From: Clostridia bacterium
Lineage (GTDB): Bacteria; Bacillota; Clostridia; Peptostreptococcales; JAAYPU01
NCBI GenBank assembly: GCA_016278615.1
Contig: JADQBM010000029.1
Location: 22,668 to 86,667, forward strand
Direction of reading: 5' to 3'
DNA length: 64,000 nt
Below, piece after piece: positions 28,806 to 37,909 of this stretch. The position numbers and the translations under genes were made by a program. Position 1 is the first letter of the stretch. Each line of letters opens with the position of its first letter. The notes under the pieces were generated by a model. The model was not told where the DNA came from, ran no database searches, and saw only the letters and a program-made list of their open reading frames with translations.

Positions 28806-29954
28806 ATGCCAAAATTAGAACTCATAGCCACCACAACCTTTGGCTTGGAAGCAGTGGTGAAACGAGAAATTGAAAAATTAAATTATCAAGTCTCACAAGT
28901 TGATAACGGTAGAATCACCTATATAGGGGATGAATCTGCTATCATTAAATCCAACCTATGGCTCAGATGTGCAGACCGGGTGCTATTGAAGATGGGGGCT
29001 TTTCCCGTTTACTCCTTTGAGGAACTTTACCAACAGACAAAAGCATTACCTTGGGAAGAATGGATTCCCATTGATGGCAAGTTTACGGTGACAGGTTCAT
29101 CTGTAAGATCAAAATTATTCAGTGTTCCGGATTGTCAATCTATTGTTAAAAAAGCCATTGTTGATCGCTTAAGAGAGTTTTATCAATGTGAATGGTTTGA
29201 TGAAACAGGTGCAGATTTTACCACTAAAGTCTCAATATTGAAAGACATAGCTACTTTAACCATTGATACCAGTGGCACAGGGCTTCATAAAAGAGGATAC
29301 CGGGTCAGAGATGTTGCTGCACCCATAAAAGAAACTCTGGCATCTGCCATGGTTCAATTAAGTTTTTGGAAATCTGGGCGTATTTTAGTAGATCCTTTTT
29401 GTGGGTCGGGAACCATTCCCATCGAAGCAGCCATGTTGGCCAAAAATATAGCACCTGGACTAAATAGAAAATTTGCCTCAGAAGAGTGGCCTGCTGTACC
29501 CTCGCATTTATGGAAGGACCATCGCAAAGAAGCTTATACTGCTATGAATTACGATCTGCCTTTGGATATTTATGCATCAGACATAAATCCCGAAGCTATT
29601 GAAGCAGCAAAAGAAAATGCTGTTGAGGCAGGCGTGGATGACTGTATCCAATTTAAAGTGATGCCTGCATCAAAGCTTACGCTTATGGATAAGCACGGTA
29701 TCATCATCACTAACCCTCCTTATGGGGAGCGCATTGGAGAAAAAGAAAATCTTATTGCAATTTATAAGGATTTAAGAAAACTTCTTATAGAGGATAAAAC
29801 TTGGTCTTTATATCTTCTCACTTCCGATGAAAGATTTGAAAATCTTTTTTCTGAAAAACCTGCTCATAAAAGACGGAAACTATATAATGGTAGAATTGAA
29901 GTAACTTATTATCAATACTATGGTGAAAAGCCAAAACGCGAGGAGAGGATATAG
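28806..29954 (+). CDS. THUMP-domain class I SAM-dependent RNA methyltransferase (RlmL N-terminal/YpsC-like)
   Basis: THUMP region followed by DPFCGSGTIPIEAA and NPPYGER motifs. ATG 28806 is preferred over the track start 28797, which lies inside the SD GGAAGGA. Confidence 0.85.
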   Translation: MPKLELIATTTFGLEAVVKREIEKLNYQVSQVDNGRITYIGDESAIIKSNLWLRCADRVLLKMGAFPVYSFEELYQQTKALPWEEWIPIDGKFTVTGSSVRSKLFSVPDCQSIVKKAIVDRLREFYQCEWFDETGADFTTKVSILKDIATLTIDTSGTGLHKRGYRVRDVAAPIKETLASAMVQLSFWKSGRILVDPFCGSGTIPIEAAMLAKNIAPGLNRKFASEEWPAVPSHLWKDHRKEAYTAMNYDLPLDIYASDINPEAIEAAKENAVEAGVDDCIQFKVMPASKLTLMDKHGIIITNPPYGERIGEKENLIAIYKDLRKLLIEDKTWSLYLLTSDERFENLFSEKPAHKRRKLYNGRIEVTYYQYYGEKPKREERI

Positions 29955-30787
29955 TGTATAAATTAATTGTATCAGATATGGACGGGTCCTTATTAAATAG
30001 TCAAAACACAATATCTCAATACAGTAAAAACACCATTGAAAAAGCCATAAAAAAAGGTGTTATCTTTGTATTGGCTACAGGAAGGATGTATGGATCTGCA
30101 AGGGTTTATGCAAAACAGCTGAGTTTAAATACCCCTATTATGGCTTGTAATGGGGGTATTATTCGTAATTCCATTGATGGTAAAGTACTTTTTGATGTTC
30201 CCATAGAAGAAAAAGCCTGTCAGCAGGTCTTTGACTTTTTAAAGGAGACAGATACTTATTTTCATTTTTATGGTCCTGATACTTTTTATACTGAAAAGCT
30301 CGAAAATGAATCCTATGAATATGCTGTTTGGAACAATTCACTCTCTGAAGAAGATAGGATCATCATTAAAGAAGTCGAAAATGCTTCCCATATATTGACC
30401 CATGATAAAATATATAAAATATTGCTACACTGTAAAAAAGATATCAAACGAAGCTTTTATTCTAATGAATTAAACAAGATTTCTAATATTACCCTTACTA
30501 GCTCATGGCATGATAATTTTGAAATTTGCGGAAAAAATGTTACCAAGGGAAATGCCGTTAAAAGATTTGCCCAAGAAATGAATATTGTCCCTGATGAGAT
30601 CATCTGTATCGGCGATAACATCAACGACATTAGCATGATCGAATATGCAGGAATGGGTGTTGCTATGGGTAATGGCGAAGAAGCCGTTAAAAAAGCCTCC
30701 AAATATACTGCCCCTTCCAATGATGAAGATGGGGTTGCAGAGGTTATAGAAAAATTCGTATTAAATTCTAATACTTCATTCAAATAG
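29954..30787 (+). CDS. Cof-type HAD-IIB hydrolase
   Basis: VSDMDGSLLN motif I and GDNINDISM motif IV. The GTG start overlaps the upstream stop. Confidence 0.85.
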   Translation: MYKLIVSDMDGSLLNSQNTISQYSKNTIEKAIKKGVIFVLATGRMYGSARVYAKQLSLNTPIMACNGGIIRNSIDGKVLFDVPIEEKACQQVFDFLKETDTYFHFYGPDTFYTEKLENESYEYAVWNNSLSEEDRIIIKEVENASHILTHDKIYKILLHCKKDIKRSFYSNELNKISNITLTSSWHDNFEICGKNVTKGNAVKRFAQEMNIVPDEIICIGDNINDISMIEYAGMGVAMGNGEEAVKKASKYTAPSNDEDGVAEVIEKFVLNSNTSFK

Positions 30788-31474
30788 ATCAATACCCAGC
30801 TTCTTGTAAAAGTCCATATCAACATTGTGACTAGCATGCATTCCATGACTTTTTCTGAATTTTAACACCCATATCTTCATGCCTTCTCCATAAATTCCAT
30901 CTACTCTCAATGGATAAAACTCTTGTTCCTTCATAATTCTTTGCACTTCAAAAACATCAGAACCTCTGTCCCCAGGTTTTAATGTTCTTAGTCCACTACC
31001 GAAAGGTCCAAAGGGCCCTCCATTAATGATTACTTTTGTTCCAATGGCAACCAATTGGTATAGCTCATCAATGTCTTTATTATTCATTCGTATGCATCCG
31101 TGAGAGGAAGCCCAACCAATGGAGTTGGGCTTATCTGTACCATGTATGCCATATTTCCCCCAGGGCACGTTAATCCCCATAAAATGAGTCCCGAACCCTT
31201 CTCCCCATTTTGCTTTAAAGGTTATTTTAAAAGACCCAATGGGAGAGGGGGAGTCATGTTTTCCTCCAGCTACTTTATATTTTTTTATGACTTGATTGCT
31301 ACTTAAATCAATTAATTCCAAGGTTTGGTCCACAAGATCTACATAAATGACTTGTTTTTCTGATAAGGAGTTCGTGGGTTCAATATCATTGGGTTCAATA
31401 TCGTAAAAATTCCCATAAATTAGAATACAAGCCAATACGATTCCCGCCACCAAAATAGTCCATACTTTTTTCAA
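30776..31474 (-). CDS. L,D-transpeptidase (YkuD) with C-terminal peptidoglycan-binding domain
   Basis: YGIHGTD..SHGCIRM catalytic motif plus a PG_binding_1-like tail. TTG 31474 is preferred (GGGGGAAG SD, product starts MKKVWTILVAG). The 3' end overlaps the convergent Cof gene by 12 nt. Confidence 0.8.
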   Translation of the reverse strand: MKKVWTILVAGIVLACILIYGNFYDIEPNDIEPTNSLSEKQVIYVDLVDQTLELIDLSSNQVIKKYKVAGGKHDSPSPIGSFKITFKAKWGEGFGTHFMGINVPWGKYGIHGTDKPNSIGWASSHGCIRMNNKDIDELYQLVAIGTKVIINGGPFGPFGSGLRTLKPGDRGSDVFEVQRIMKEQEFYPLRVDGIYGEGMKIWVLKFRKSHGMHASHNVDMDFYKKLGIDLFE

Positions 31475-31778
31475 GGCATCTTCCCCCTGACAGCTTCTCA
31501 TAATACTATATGCAGGGAATTAAAAAAAATAGAACTTTATTATCAATTGAGAATAATGGATAAGCGGATTTTATAGAGAAGTATCTTAAAATTCCTAGTT
31601 ATGGAATAAATATATTAGTAATTCGCCTTGTTTATTATCAACGTTTATGTTAAGATTAAAAAGCTAATCATTGTTTTTGATTGGTGGATTAATTTATTTT
31701 TGACCAAACTCTCTTTGATTTATTAGAGCGAGTCTCAGGAATTTTGAAATCCCAATAAATCATGGAGGTACACTATAT

Positions 31779-31961
31779 ATGGCAGACAAATCAATAACTT
31801 GCAAAGATTGTGGATCAGAATTCATTTTTAATGAAAGTGAACAAGCTTTCTACAAAGAAAAAGGTTTTGAAAACGAACCTCAAAGATGTCCTGATTGCAG
31901 AGCAGCAAGAAAACAACAAAGAGGAAACAGAAACTACAACAGTGGTGGAAATAGGTATTAA
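31779..31961 (+). CDS. Small zinc-ribbon protein (CxxC..CxxC, zf-trcl-like)
   Basis: ITCKDCGSEFIF..EQAFYKEKGF..PQRCPDCRAARK; SD GGAGG upstream. Confidence 0.75.
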   Translation: MADKSITCKDCGSEFIFNESEQAFYKEKGFENEPQRCPDCRAARKQQRGNRNYNSGGNRY

Positions 31962-32014
31962 TTAAAACCTATCGACAGTCATAGCGTAGTCAGAATTGTT
32001 GTGTATTAAAACAT

Positions 32015-32049
32015 AAAAGTGGATTTTGTAATCCGCTTTTATATTTTAT
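32015..32049 (+). terminator. Terminator after the zinc-ribbon gene
   Basis: AAAAGTGGATT-ttgt-AATCCGCTTTT followed by ATATTTTAT. Confidence 0.65.
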
Positions 32050-32106
32050 AATTTTTAGAAATAAGTTTATATTAGATATTAAGTAGTAATATAGGAGGTG
32101 CTTTTT

Positions 32107-32625
32107 ATTAGAACGAATAAATTGCAAAAAAACGAAGAAATTACAGATAAAGAAATTCGCGTCATTGGTGCTGACGGTTCCATGTTGGGTATTTTACCAA
32201 CAAAAGAAGCTCAGGAATTAGCTGATTCAAAAGACCTTGATCTTATAAAAATTGTTCCCAATGCCGTTCCACCGGTATGTAAAATCGTAGATTATCAAAA
32301 GGATATATATGAACGCGCTAAGAAAGATAAGGAAGCTAAAAAGAATCAAAAAGTTGTATCTCTTAAAGAAATCAGATTATCTGTCAAAATCGATACCCAT
32401 GATTTTGAATTTAAAATAAAAAATGCAAACAAATTTTTAAAAGAAGGCAACAAAGTTAAAGCGACCATAAGGTTCAGAGGTCGAGAGCAAAAATCTACAC
32501 TTATGGGAAAAGAAGTACTTGACAAATTTGCAGAAGCACTAAAAGAAATTGGAGAAGTTGAAAAACAAGCCTATCTTGAAGGCAGAAGTATGACCATGAT
32601 TATATCTCCTATAAAGCAAATATAA
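32107..32625 (+). CDS. infC: Translation initiation factor IF-3
   Basis: IF-3 N- and C-domains (ITDKEIRVIGADG..). In-frame ATT at 32107 lies 8 nt after AGGAGG. The track GTG at 32098 lies inside the SD. Confidence 0.9.
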   Translation: MRTNKLQKNEEITDKEIRVIGADGSMLGILPTKEAQELADSKDLDLIKIVPNAVPPVCKIVDYQKDIYERAKKDKEAKKNQKVVSLKEIRLSVKIDTHDFEFKIKNANKFLKEGNKVKATIRFRGREQKSTLMGKEVLDKFAEALKEIGEVEKQAYLEGRSMTMIISPIKQI

Positions 32626-32641
32626 CTAGGAAGGAATTGCT

Positions 32642-32845
32642 ATGACAAATCCGTCTATTAATGAATTGTTAGAAAAAGTTGATAACCGATTTATGCTCTG
32701 CATCATTGCAGGCAAAAGAGCGAGACAACTACTAGGAGGCGCACATCAACAAACTGGTGTCACCTCTTATAATACCATAACCACTGCCGCAAACGAAATA
32801 AACGAAAACAAAATCACTTATAAAGAAGTACAAGTTAAAACCTAA
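32642..32845 (+). CDS. rpoZ: DNA-directed RNA polymerase subunit omega
   Basis: MTNPSINELLEKVDNRFMLCIIAGKRARQL matches the omega/YloH N-terminal helix pattern; 67 aa; SD AGGAAGGA. Confidence 0.75.
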   Translation: MTNPSINELLEKVDNRFMLCIIAGKRARQLLGGAHQQTGVTSYNTITTAANEINENKITYKEVQVKT

Positions 32846-32850
32846 ACATA

Positions 32851-32885
32851 AAGATTCTTCGTGTCCGAAGAATCTTCTCTAAGTT
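32851..32885 (+). terminator. Terminator after rpoZ (shared with convergent pgm)
   Basis: AAGATTCTTCG-tgtc-CGAAGAATCTT followed by CTCTAAGTTTTT. Confidence 0.7.
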
Positions 32886-32906
32886 TTTAAATATTTTAGT
32901 TGGGTA

Positions 32907-34571
32907 TTATATTTTCAACAATTTTGTTATTTCTTGTTTCATCCTTTCACATTTTTCTTTAGCCTCTTTCTCTGATTTGGCAACACTTGAAAAGTATAGC
33001 TTCAACTTTGGCTCTGTCCCAGATGGCCTAATGGCTACCCATGAATCACTTTTCATCTTGTATTTCAATACATTTTCTTCAGGAAGTCCTGTCTCATCCT
33101 TTAAATAGTCCGTAATACTAACTATTTCTCCATCAATCTCTGATAAAGGATTTTCTCTCAATTTTGTCAATATCTTTCTCATTTTTTCCATGCCATTAAC
33201 CGTATCAAAGCGGACATTATGTAAAATCTCATAATAAAAACCAAATTGCTCATATAATTCAGCGAGTCGATCATAGATGGTTTTTCCTTGTAACTTATAG
33301 CACGCTGCCATTTCTGCTAAGAGCAAGCATGCGTTGACAGCATCTTTATCTCGTGCATGGGTGCCCGATAAATATCCATAACTTTCTTCATACCCAAAGA
33401 TGTAAGCGTTAGATTGCTGTTTTTCAAATTGTGTTATCTTTTCACCGATGTATTTAAAGCCTGTCAAAACCTCCATAACTTCAATGCCAGCACTTTCAGC
33501 AATTCTTTTACCCAGATTACTGGTAACCACTGTTTGAATCATAACTGCTTTTTCCGGAATATGGGCGCTATATTGAATCAAATAGTCTAAAAGAAGCGCT
33601 CCTATTTGGTTGCCATTTAGCAAAAGATAGTTTCTCTTCTGATCTCTTACAGCAATACCCACTCGATCACAATCTGGATCTGTTGCCATGACCAAATCTG
33701 CATCAATTTTCTTTGCTAAGATCAAGGACATATCAAGGGCTTCTTTATTCTCCGGATTGGGGGCCTTTACAGTAGAAAAATTGCTGTCCCGATTATTTTG
33801 CTCTTCTACAATGTTCAGATTGTTTAAACCACTTCTCCTAAGTATTTCAGGCACACAGGTTATTCCTGTACCATGAAGAGGTGAATACACAATTTTAACT
33901 TCTTTATCTACCCGAGTTCCCGTTCTGAGTTTTAAAACCTCTTTATAGTATGCTTCATCTATTTCGTCTCCCACCTCACTATAAAGTGAATGTGTCTTCA
34001 AATTTCCTTTATATATTTTAATTTTATTGAAGCTATCAATGTCAGAAAAAGCTTTGATTATAGGCCTCATATCTTCTGGAACCAATTGACCTCCATAGTC
34101 ACTGTACAATTTATATCCGTTATCAGTCTTGGGATTATGACTGGCTGTTATGACAATGCCTCCCGCCGTTTTTAAATATCTCACTGCAAAAGAAAGTTCG
34201 GGGACGGGCCGAACATCTTTAAACAAATAAACACTTATATTATTTCCTAAAAACACTTTAGCAGCTGTTTCAGCAAACTCTCTCGACTTGTGCCTTGTGT
34301 CATAAGCAATAACAATACCTGCGTCCCCTACACCAGACGCATTTAAATGAGCAGAAAAAGCTTGGGTCGCTTTTGCAACTTGATATTTATTAATTCTATT
34401 GGTTCCAATGCCTATTTTACCACGCATACCCGCCGTTCCAAAAGATAAGTCCTGATAAAAAAGCTCTTCTATAAGCGTTTTATTTTCTTTTATGGACTGT
34501 AAGGTTTTTTTATCCTCTTCATCAATAAATGGATCTTTAATCCATTGATCATAAGTCTCTTCATATCCCAT
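32907..34571 (-). CDS. Phosphoglucomutase/phosphomannomutase family protein
   Basis: Active-site loop ITASHNPKTDNGYK and Mg loop ATDPDCDR; 554 aa. Confidence 0.9.
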   Translation of the reverse strand: MGYEETYDQWIKDPFIDEEDKKTLQSIKENKTLIEELFYQDLSFGTAGMRGKIGIGTNRINKYQVAKATQAFSAHLNASGVGDAGIVIAYDTRHKSREFAETAAKVFLGNNISVYLFKDVRPVPELSFAVRYLKTAGGIVITASHNPKTDNGYKLYSDYGGQLVPEDMRPIIKAFSDIDSFNKIKIYKGNLKTHSLYSEVGDEIDEAYYKEVLKLRTGTRVDKEVKIVYSPLHGTGITCVPEILRRSGLNNLNIVEEQNNRDSNFSTVKAPNPENKEALDMSLILAKKIDADLVMATDPDCDRVGIAVRDQKRNYLLLNGNQIGALLLDYLIQYSAHIPEKAVMIQTVVTSNLGKRIAESAGIEVMEVLTGFKYIGEKITQFEKQQSNAYIFGYEESYGYLSGTHARDKDAVNACLLLAEMAACYKLQGKTIYDRLAELYEQFGFYYEILHNVRFDTVNGMEKMRKILTKLRENPLSEIDGEIVSITDYLKDETGLPEENVLKYKMKSDSWVAIRPSGTEPKLKLYFSSVAKSEKEAKEKCERMKQEITKLLKI

Positions 34572-34600
34572 GCATTTCTCCCCTTCAACTAAGCTATTTT

Positions 34601-34738
34601 TAGATAACAGATAATAGATAACAGTTAAGGTGAGTTTTGCTATGCAAAACTTAATCTTAATTTATAATAGATGAAATTTTGCTCATGCAAAATATTCCTA
34701 AACTATTATCTGTTATCTGTTATCTATTATCTTTATGG
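34601..34738 (-). repeat. HATH element copy E, fabZ|pgm spacer
   Basis: Left arm 34601-34630. AGTTTTGC-tat-GCAAAACT (34633-34651). ATTTTGC-tcat-GCAAAAT (34676-34693). Right arm 34705-34738, ending 3 nt from the fabZ stop. Confidence 0.9.
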
Positions 34739-34740
34739 GC

Positions 34741-35172
34741 CTATTCTGCCTCTACCATAGCAAAGGACAGTTCGGCTTCACAAACCAAGTTCTCCCCAAC
34801 ATATGTAAAAGCTTTTGCTTTTCCAATGGTTTTTCTGATACGTGTAATTTCTACCTCTATCCTTAGGGTGTCTCCTGGGACGACCATCTTTCTGATTTTG
34901 CAATTATCTATTCCCGTAAATACCCCTAACTTATCTTGCAATTCACTTTGATATTTAATGGTAATGGCACAAACCTGAGCCATGGCCTCAAGAATCAGCA
35001 CCCCTGGCATAATAGGCATCCCAGGGAAATGCCCTTGAAAAAATGGTTCATTGATGGTGACATTTTTAATGCCTATAGCTCTTTTTTGAGACTCTATTTC
35101 CGTTATCTTATCCACTAGCAAGAATGGATAGCGATGAGGAAGTAGTTTTAATATATCCTTAGTATCTAACAC
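34741..35172 (-). CDS. fabZ: 3-hydroxyacyl-ACP dehydratase FabZ
   Basis: LLPHRYPFLLVD..FFQGHFPGMPIMPGVL hotdog signature; 143 aa. Confidence 0.95.
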   Translation of the reverse strand: MLDTKDILKLLPHRYPFLLVDKITEIESQKRAIGIKNVTINEPFFQGHFPGMPIMPGVLILEAMAQVCAITIKYQSELQDKLGVFTGIDNCKIRKMVVPGDTLRIEVEITRIRKTIGKAKAFTYVGENLVCEAELSFAMVEAE

Positions 35173-35189
35173 TATTTTTCCACCCTTCG

Positions 35190-36212
35190 TTAATACATAT
35201 TCCTTTTTCTATTGATTGTATTTTTTTCTATGAGTTCAATAGCATTAAGGGATTTCCCAGTTCCGATTGCGACACAAGAACAAGCATCTTCTGCAACAAT
35301 GGCTTTTATACCGGTCCTCTCTTCTATGCGCTTATCGATGCCTGTTAGCAAGGACCCACCCCCAGTCATAACAATTCCTTTATTGCTAATATCTGAAGCC
35401 AGTTCAGGAGGTGTGTTTTCTAATACAGAATGAACTGCCTCACAAATCGCTTCAAGAGGTTCATCTAGTGCTTCAAGCATTTCTTTTGATGAGATTTCAA
35501 TGGTCTTGGGAAGTCCTGTTACCAGATCACGTCCTCTACATTCCTTAGTGATGACTTCTTCTCTTGGGTATGCAGTTCCTATGGTGACTTTCAATTCTTC
35601 GGCAGTTCTTTCTCCAATATATAGTTTATGCTCTTTTCTCATGTATTTTATGATGGCATCATCAAATTTATCACCTGCAATTTTCACAGAAGCACTTACA
35701 ACAACCCCTCCTAATGAGATGACCGCTACGTCTGTAGTTCCTCCTCCAATGTCAATGACCATAATACCATCTGGTTGAGAAATATCTAATCCTGCCCCAA
35801 TCGCCGCCGCTATAGGTTCTTCTATTAAGTATGCTACTTTTCCTCCGGCCATGGTCGCTGCTTCCCTAACAGCTCTTTTTTCAACTTCCGTTACACCACT
35901 CGGTACGCAAACAACAATTTTAGGTCTAAAAAATCGATTTGATCCACAGGTCTTTTTTATAAAATACTTTAACATTCTTTCTGTGATATCGTAGTCAGAA
36001 ATAACGCCATCTCTCAAAGGACGAATTGCAATAATATTACTTGGCGTTCTTCCTAACATTTTTCTGGCTTCATCGCCTACTGCTAATATCTCATTTGTAT
36101 CTTTATTGATGGCAACAACAGAAGGTTCATTTAACACAATTCCTTTTCCCTTAACATAGACCAGTACATTAGCCGTTCCTAAATCAATGCCTACTTCAGT
36201 CGACAGTCCCAT
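35190..36212 (-). CDS. mbl: MreB-family rod-shape protein (Mbl-like)
   Basis: Actin-fold motifs IDLGTANVLVY and DIGGGTTDVAV. Adjacent to spoIIID as in Bacillus and Clostridium. Confidence 0.9.
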   Translation of the reverse strand: MGLSTEVGIDLGTANVLVYVKGKGIVLNEPSVVAINKDTNEILAVGDEARKMLGRTPSNIIAIRPLRDGVISDYDITERMLKYFIKKTCGSNRFFRPKIVVCVPSGVTEVEKRAVREAATMAGGKVAYLIEEPIAAAIGAGLDISQPDGIMVIDIGGGTTDVAVISLGGVVVSASVKIAGDKFDDAIIKYMRKEHKLYIGERTAEELKVTIGTAYPREEVITKECRGRDLVTGLPKTIEISSKEMLEALDEPLEAICEAVHSVLENTPPELASDISNKGIVMTGGGSLLTGIDKRIEERTGIKAIVAEDACSCVAIGTGKSLNAIELIEKNTINRKRNMY

Positions 36213-36433
36213 ATCTCATTCACATCCCCTATTCTAAGTTCTATTTTTTACAAAATTTTTGTTTTCACTTTACATTCTATATAAAAAAAAAGCATCCTTC
36301 AATTAATTTGTAGTTTTTTATCATGAAAACATTCATTTTTTATATTTTAACAAAGAATAAGCATCTGTTTTATTGTTCTACTTATATTTTGCCCTGCATA
36401 TTATTTTACAAAAGAGAGTATTGGAGGAGGCAG

Positions 36434-36712
36434 ATGGTGAAGGATTATATAGAAGAAAGAACCTTGGATGCTGCAAATTATATAATAACTAAAGAGGCCA
36501 CCGTTCGACAGACTGCAAAAGTTTTTGGTGTAAGCAAAAGTACCATACATAAAGATGTTACAGAAAGGCTACCCAAAATCAATCCCTCGGCAGCTAAAGA
36601 AGTTAAGATGATTTTGGATAAAAACAAAGCCGAAAGGCATATTAGAGGTGGTCAGGCTACAAAGTTAAAATACGAGACTGAACATAGAAGTGAATCAGAT
36701 GAAATGAATTAA
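36434..36712 (+). CDS. spoIIID: Sporulation transcription regulator SpoIIID
   Basis: MVKDYIEERTLDAANYII..FGVSKSTIHKDVTERL..HIRGGQATKLKY is near-canonical. ATG 36434 with GGAGGAGG SD. The longer track ORF start is rejected. Confidence 0.9.
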   Translation: MVKDYIEERTLDAANYIITKEATVRQTAKVFGVSKSTIHKDVTERLPKINPSAAKEVKMILDKNKAERHIRGGQATKLKYETEHRSESDEMN

Positions 36713-36743
36713 TGCAGGCTGTATAGTCTGCATTTAATCTTTT

Positions 36744-37544
36744 TTAAAAATTTATAAAGTTTTGAGGATCCTCATGACGTTGGTTTCTCATGACTTCAAA
36801 ATGCAAATGTGGCACTTCCAGTATTTCAAAAAGAGCTGTGTCTCCGACGCCACTAATGACATCCCCTTTTTTAACCTGATCCCCTTCACGGACCATATTT
36901 GCGGTACTAAGGTTTGAGTAAATTGTAACAAAATCATTTTTATGGGATATCCATATGGTGATTCCCATTTTCTTGTCTTCCTCTATCTTAGAGATAACGC
37001 CATCTGCTGCTGCGCATACAGGCTCATTTAAAGGCGCTTCTAAATCGATTCCTTTATGAATGATGTATTGATCTAATGTTTTGGAATAAACCAAGGTGTC
37101 CCCTGAATAGTCCAAACAAATATTCCCTTGAACGGGTACTGAGAAAACAGGCATATTGCTGACGACATCTTCCTGATCCACCACTTCATTAATTTCACTG
37201 TTTTCTACCTCATTGGTTGTGCTGACATCTTCTTGCTCCTCTAAATCAGGGGCATTGCTTTCTTCTTTATCTTCCTTTGAAACAGGTTGTGCATCATTAT
37301 CTTCAGCTACTTGAAAATCATCCATCATATTTTCATTAACAAACTCAATGTTCTCACGTTCATTCATATTCTGTATTCTTTCAACGTTTGCCTTAACTGT
37401 CCAGACAGCCGCAGCCGAGACAATACAAAAACAAATAAACAGGACTAAATAGAACCCCTCATTATTAATTGTTTTTATTATCTTTGTTATAATGGCATTA
37501 TTCCTAATATTAGGATTCTCTGAATCTTTTTTATTAAATCTCAT
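36744..37544 (-). CDS. Membrane-anchored M23/LytM peptidase, SpoIIQ-like by context
   Basis: N-terminal TM, acidic linker, LytM core HKGIDL..PHLHFEV. The position next to spoIIID resembles clostridial spoIIQ. Confidence 0.6.
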   Translation of the reverse strand: MRFNKKDSENPNIRNNAIITKIIKTINNEGFYLVLFICFCIVSAAAVWTVKANVERIQNMNERENIEFVNENMMDDFQVAEDNDAQPVSKEDKEESNAPDLEEQEDVSTTNEVENSEINEVVDQEDVVSNMPVFSVPVQGNICLDYSGDTLVYSKTLDQYIIHKGIDLEAPLNEPVCAAADGVISKIEEDKKMGITIWISHKNDFVTIYSNLSTANMVREGDQVKKGDVISGVGDTALFEILEVPHLHFEVMRNQRHEDPQNFINF

Positions 37545-37639
37545 TATTCTACACCTCCAGATAATATTATTTCCATATAATAGGATTTAATACGCTTTTA
37601 TGCCCTTGATAATGTTTTAGAATTTTTAGATAATTTGTC

Positions 37640-37669
37640 TTGACATATTGTAATAATTACTGTTAACAT
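37640..37669 (+). promoter_or_regulatory. Candidate sigma-A promoter of the riboswitch-controlled transcript
   Basis: TTGACA (37640-37645), 18-nt spacer containing an extended -10 TG (37661-37662), then TAACAT (37664-37669). Confidence 0.45.
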
Positions 37670-37695
37670 AATACTTAGTTTAATAGTCCATTGGA

Positions 37696-37866
37696 AAACA
37701 ACGCGAGATTATACATGATTAGGTATAAGCCGAAGCGGAAATCATAAGGAAGGTCATGTCCTTGTGAGAAACTGACAGGCAAAAGAAACGTTGTTTGATG
37801 GAACTCTGGAGATACTGTATATAAACAGAGCCAACGAGGAAATAACCAACAGGCAAAAAGACAGAG
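37696..37866 (+). promoter_or_regulatory. Tandem glycine riboswitch (two aptamers)
   Basis: Aptamer 1: P1 AAACAACG (37696-37703) pairs with CGTTGTTT (37789-37796); internal GCCGAAGCGGAAA; a 9-bp P3b hairpin; CTGACAGGCAAAAGAAA. Aptamer 2: ACTCTGGAGA..GCCAACGAGGAAA..CAACAGGCAAAAAGACAGAG, with P1 CTCTG/CAGAG (37804-37808/37862-37866). These match the glycine-aptamer signatures CUCUGGAGAG, CACCGAAGGGGCAA and CUCAGGCAAAAGGACAG. Confidence 0.8.
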
Positions 37867-37909
37867 GAGTATAATGACGCTTTTATTAGCGTTGCTATAT
37901 TCTTTTTTT
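37866..37909 (+). terminator. Expression-platform intrinsic terminator of the glycine riboswitch
   Basis: GGAGTATA-atg-ACGC [ttttatta] GCGT-tgc-TATATTCT followed by TTTTTT. Its 5' strand starts at the last base of aptamer-2 P1. Confidence 0.6.

Noticed and set aside
32098-32100. GTG 32098 as the infC start, as implied by the ORF track
   Set aside because: It is part of the AGGAGGTG Shine-Dalgarno sequence. The in-frame ATT nine nt downstream has correct spacing and matches the known AUU-start biology of infC.
34597-34640. Outward-facing promoters inside the element arms (TTAACT or TTATCT as -35, TATTAT as -10)
   Set aside because: The spacings imposed by the 7-nt period do not give 16-18-nt separations in the copies I checked. 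The hexamers are weak and are expected by chance in this composition. The question is left open as something for TSS mapping, not called.
37696-37866. Lysine riboswitch or T-box as the identity of this leader, tempting because the downstream gene is saccharopine-dehydrogenase-like
   Set aside because: GCCGAAG and ACTGACA superficially recall the L-box, but the AGAGGNGC and GAAAGGGG segments are absent, and there is no T-box GGTGG motif or specifier architecture. The repeated GGCAAAAG(A)AC and CTCTGGAGA blocks with two P1 helices fit the glycine class instead.
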